Positions 63,527-64,000 of a stretch of DNA of 64,000 nucleotides are shown one piece after another; the first letter of the stretch is position 1, and each line of letters begins with the position of its first letter. The stretch is taken from contig NC_087250.1 of NCBI RefSeq assembly GCF_037042905.1, forward strand, positions 4,590,001 through 4,654,000, in the 5' to 3' direction. The notes under the pieces are model-generated. The model was not told the DNA's origin, did not search any database, and saw nothing but the letters and a program-made list of their open reading frames with translations. The position numbers and the translations under genes are program-made. Origin of the DNA: Lytechinus pictus (taxonomy: Eukaryota).

Positions 63527-64000
63527 ATTGATTATTGTGTATGATCAATCGTAGAAGTCAGCCCCATAAACAATCACTTAGCTTTATGTCACAAGCCCTG
63601 TTGAATGTTCATAGATGCCACTATCCAGACTTATAAACATATTTTGGCCATTAAAAACACATTTTACATGTACATGTATTAACAGGGTCATTCAAAATGG
63701 TGTTTTTCAGGGGTGTGAGAGTTCAGATTTCTATCTGATTTCAGATTTTTTTTGTTTTGATTTTCAGCTTAATTTCAGCTTATTTTTGGCCTTCCTCTGT
63801 AAAAAAGTATGGGAGCTCTTTCTATTTCAGACTTTTTCAACACTCTTCAGCTTTTTTCAGATCTTTTTATTTGTGACCACTCACACCCCTGGTTTTTGTT
63901 TTTCCCCCTTTTTGTTATTGGCATCCATGAATATACATTTACTGTGTTGTACATGTATTATTGTGTTATTGCAAATTTCACTACTAATTAACTGTTAACG

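Overview
AT-rich, repeat-dense animal genomic DNA with spliceosomal GT-AG introns. The repeat families suggest an invertebrate deuterostome such as a sea urchin, which is an inference. There are two head-to-head protein-coding genes. (1) On the minus strand is a divergent glycine N-methyltransferase (GNMT)-like gene of about 270 aa, with coding exons at 15667-15815, 14653-14768, 11243-11493, 9501-9631 and 7367-7529, plus two duplicated ATG-only first exons ending at 18213 and 22634. (2) On the plus strand is a TBC1D2/TBC1D2B (Armus)-family Rab-GAP (PH, coiled-coil and TBC domains). I traced 22 of its exons by hand with consistent phases from about 25001 to 63181, and it continues past the window end. 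The rest is LINE fragments (L2, CR1-group, L1/Tx1), tRNA-derived SINEs, many often nested MITEs, minisatellites and microsatellites. There is no prokaryotic-type system or CRISPR. The most unusual observations are: three separate local duplications of exon plus splice site, one differing from its exon almost only at synonymous sites; the duplicated promoter/ATG exon and remodelled active site of the GNMT-like gene; a transposon-shattered Cys-rich relic exon; a recurrent covarying hairpin; and long perfect palindromes.
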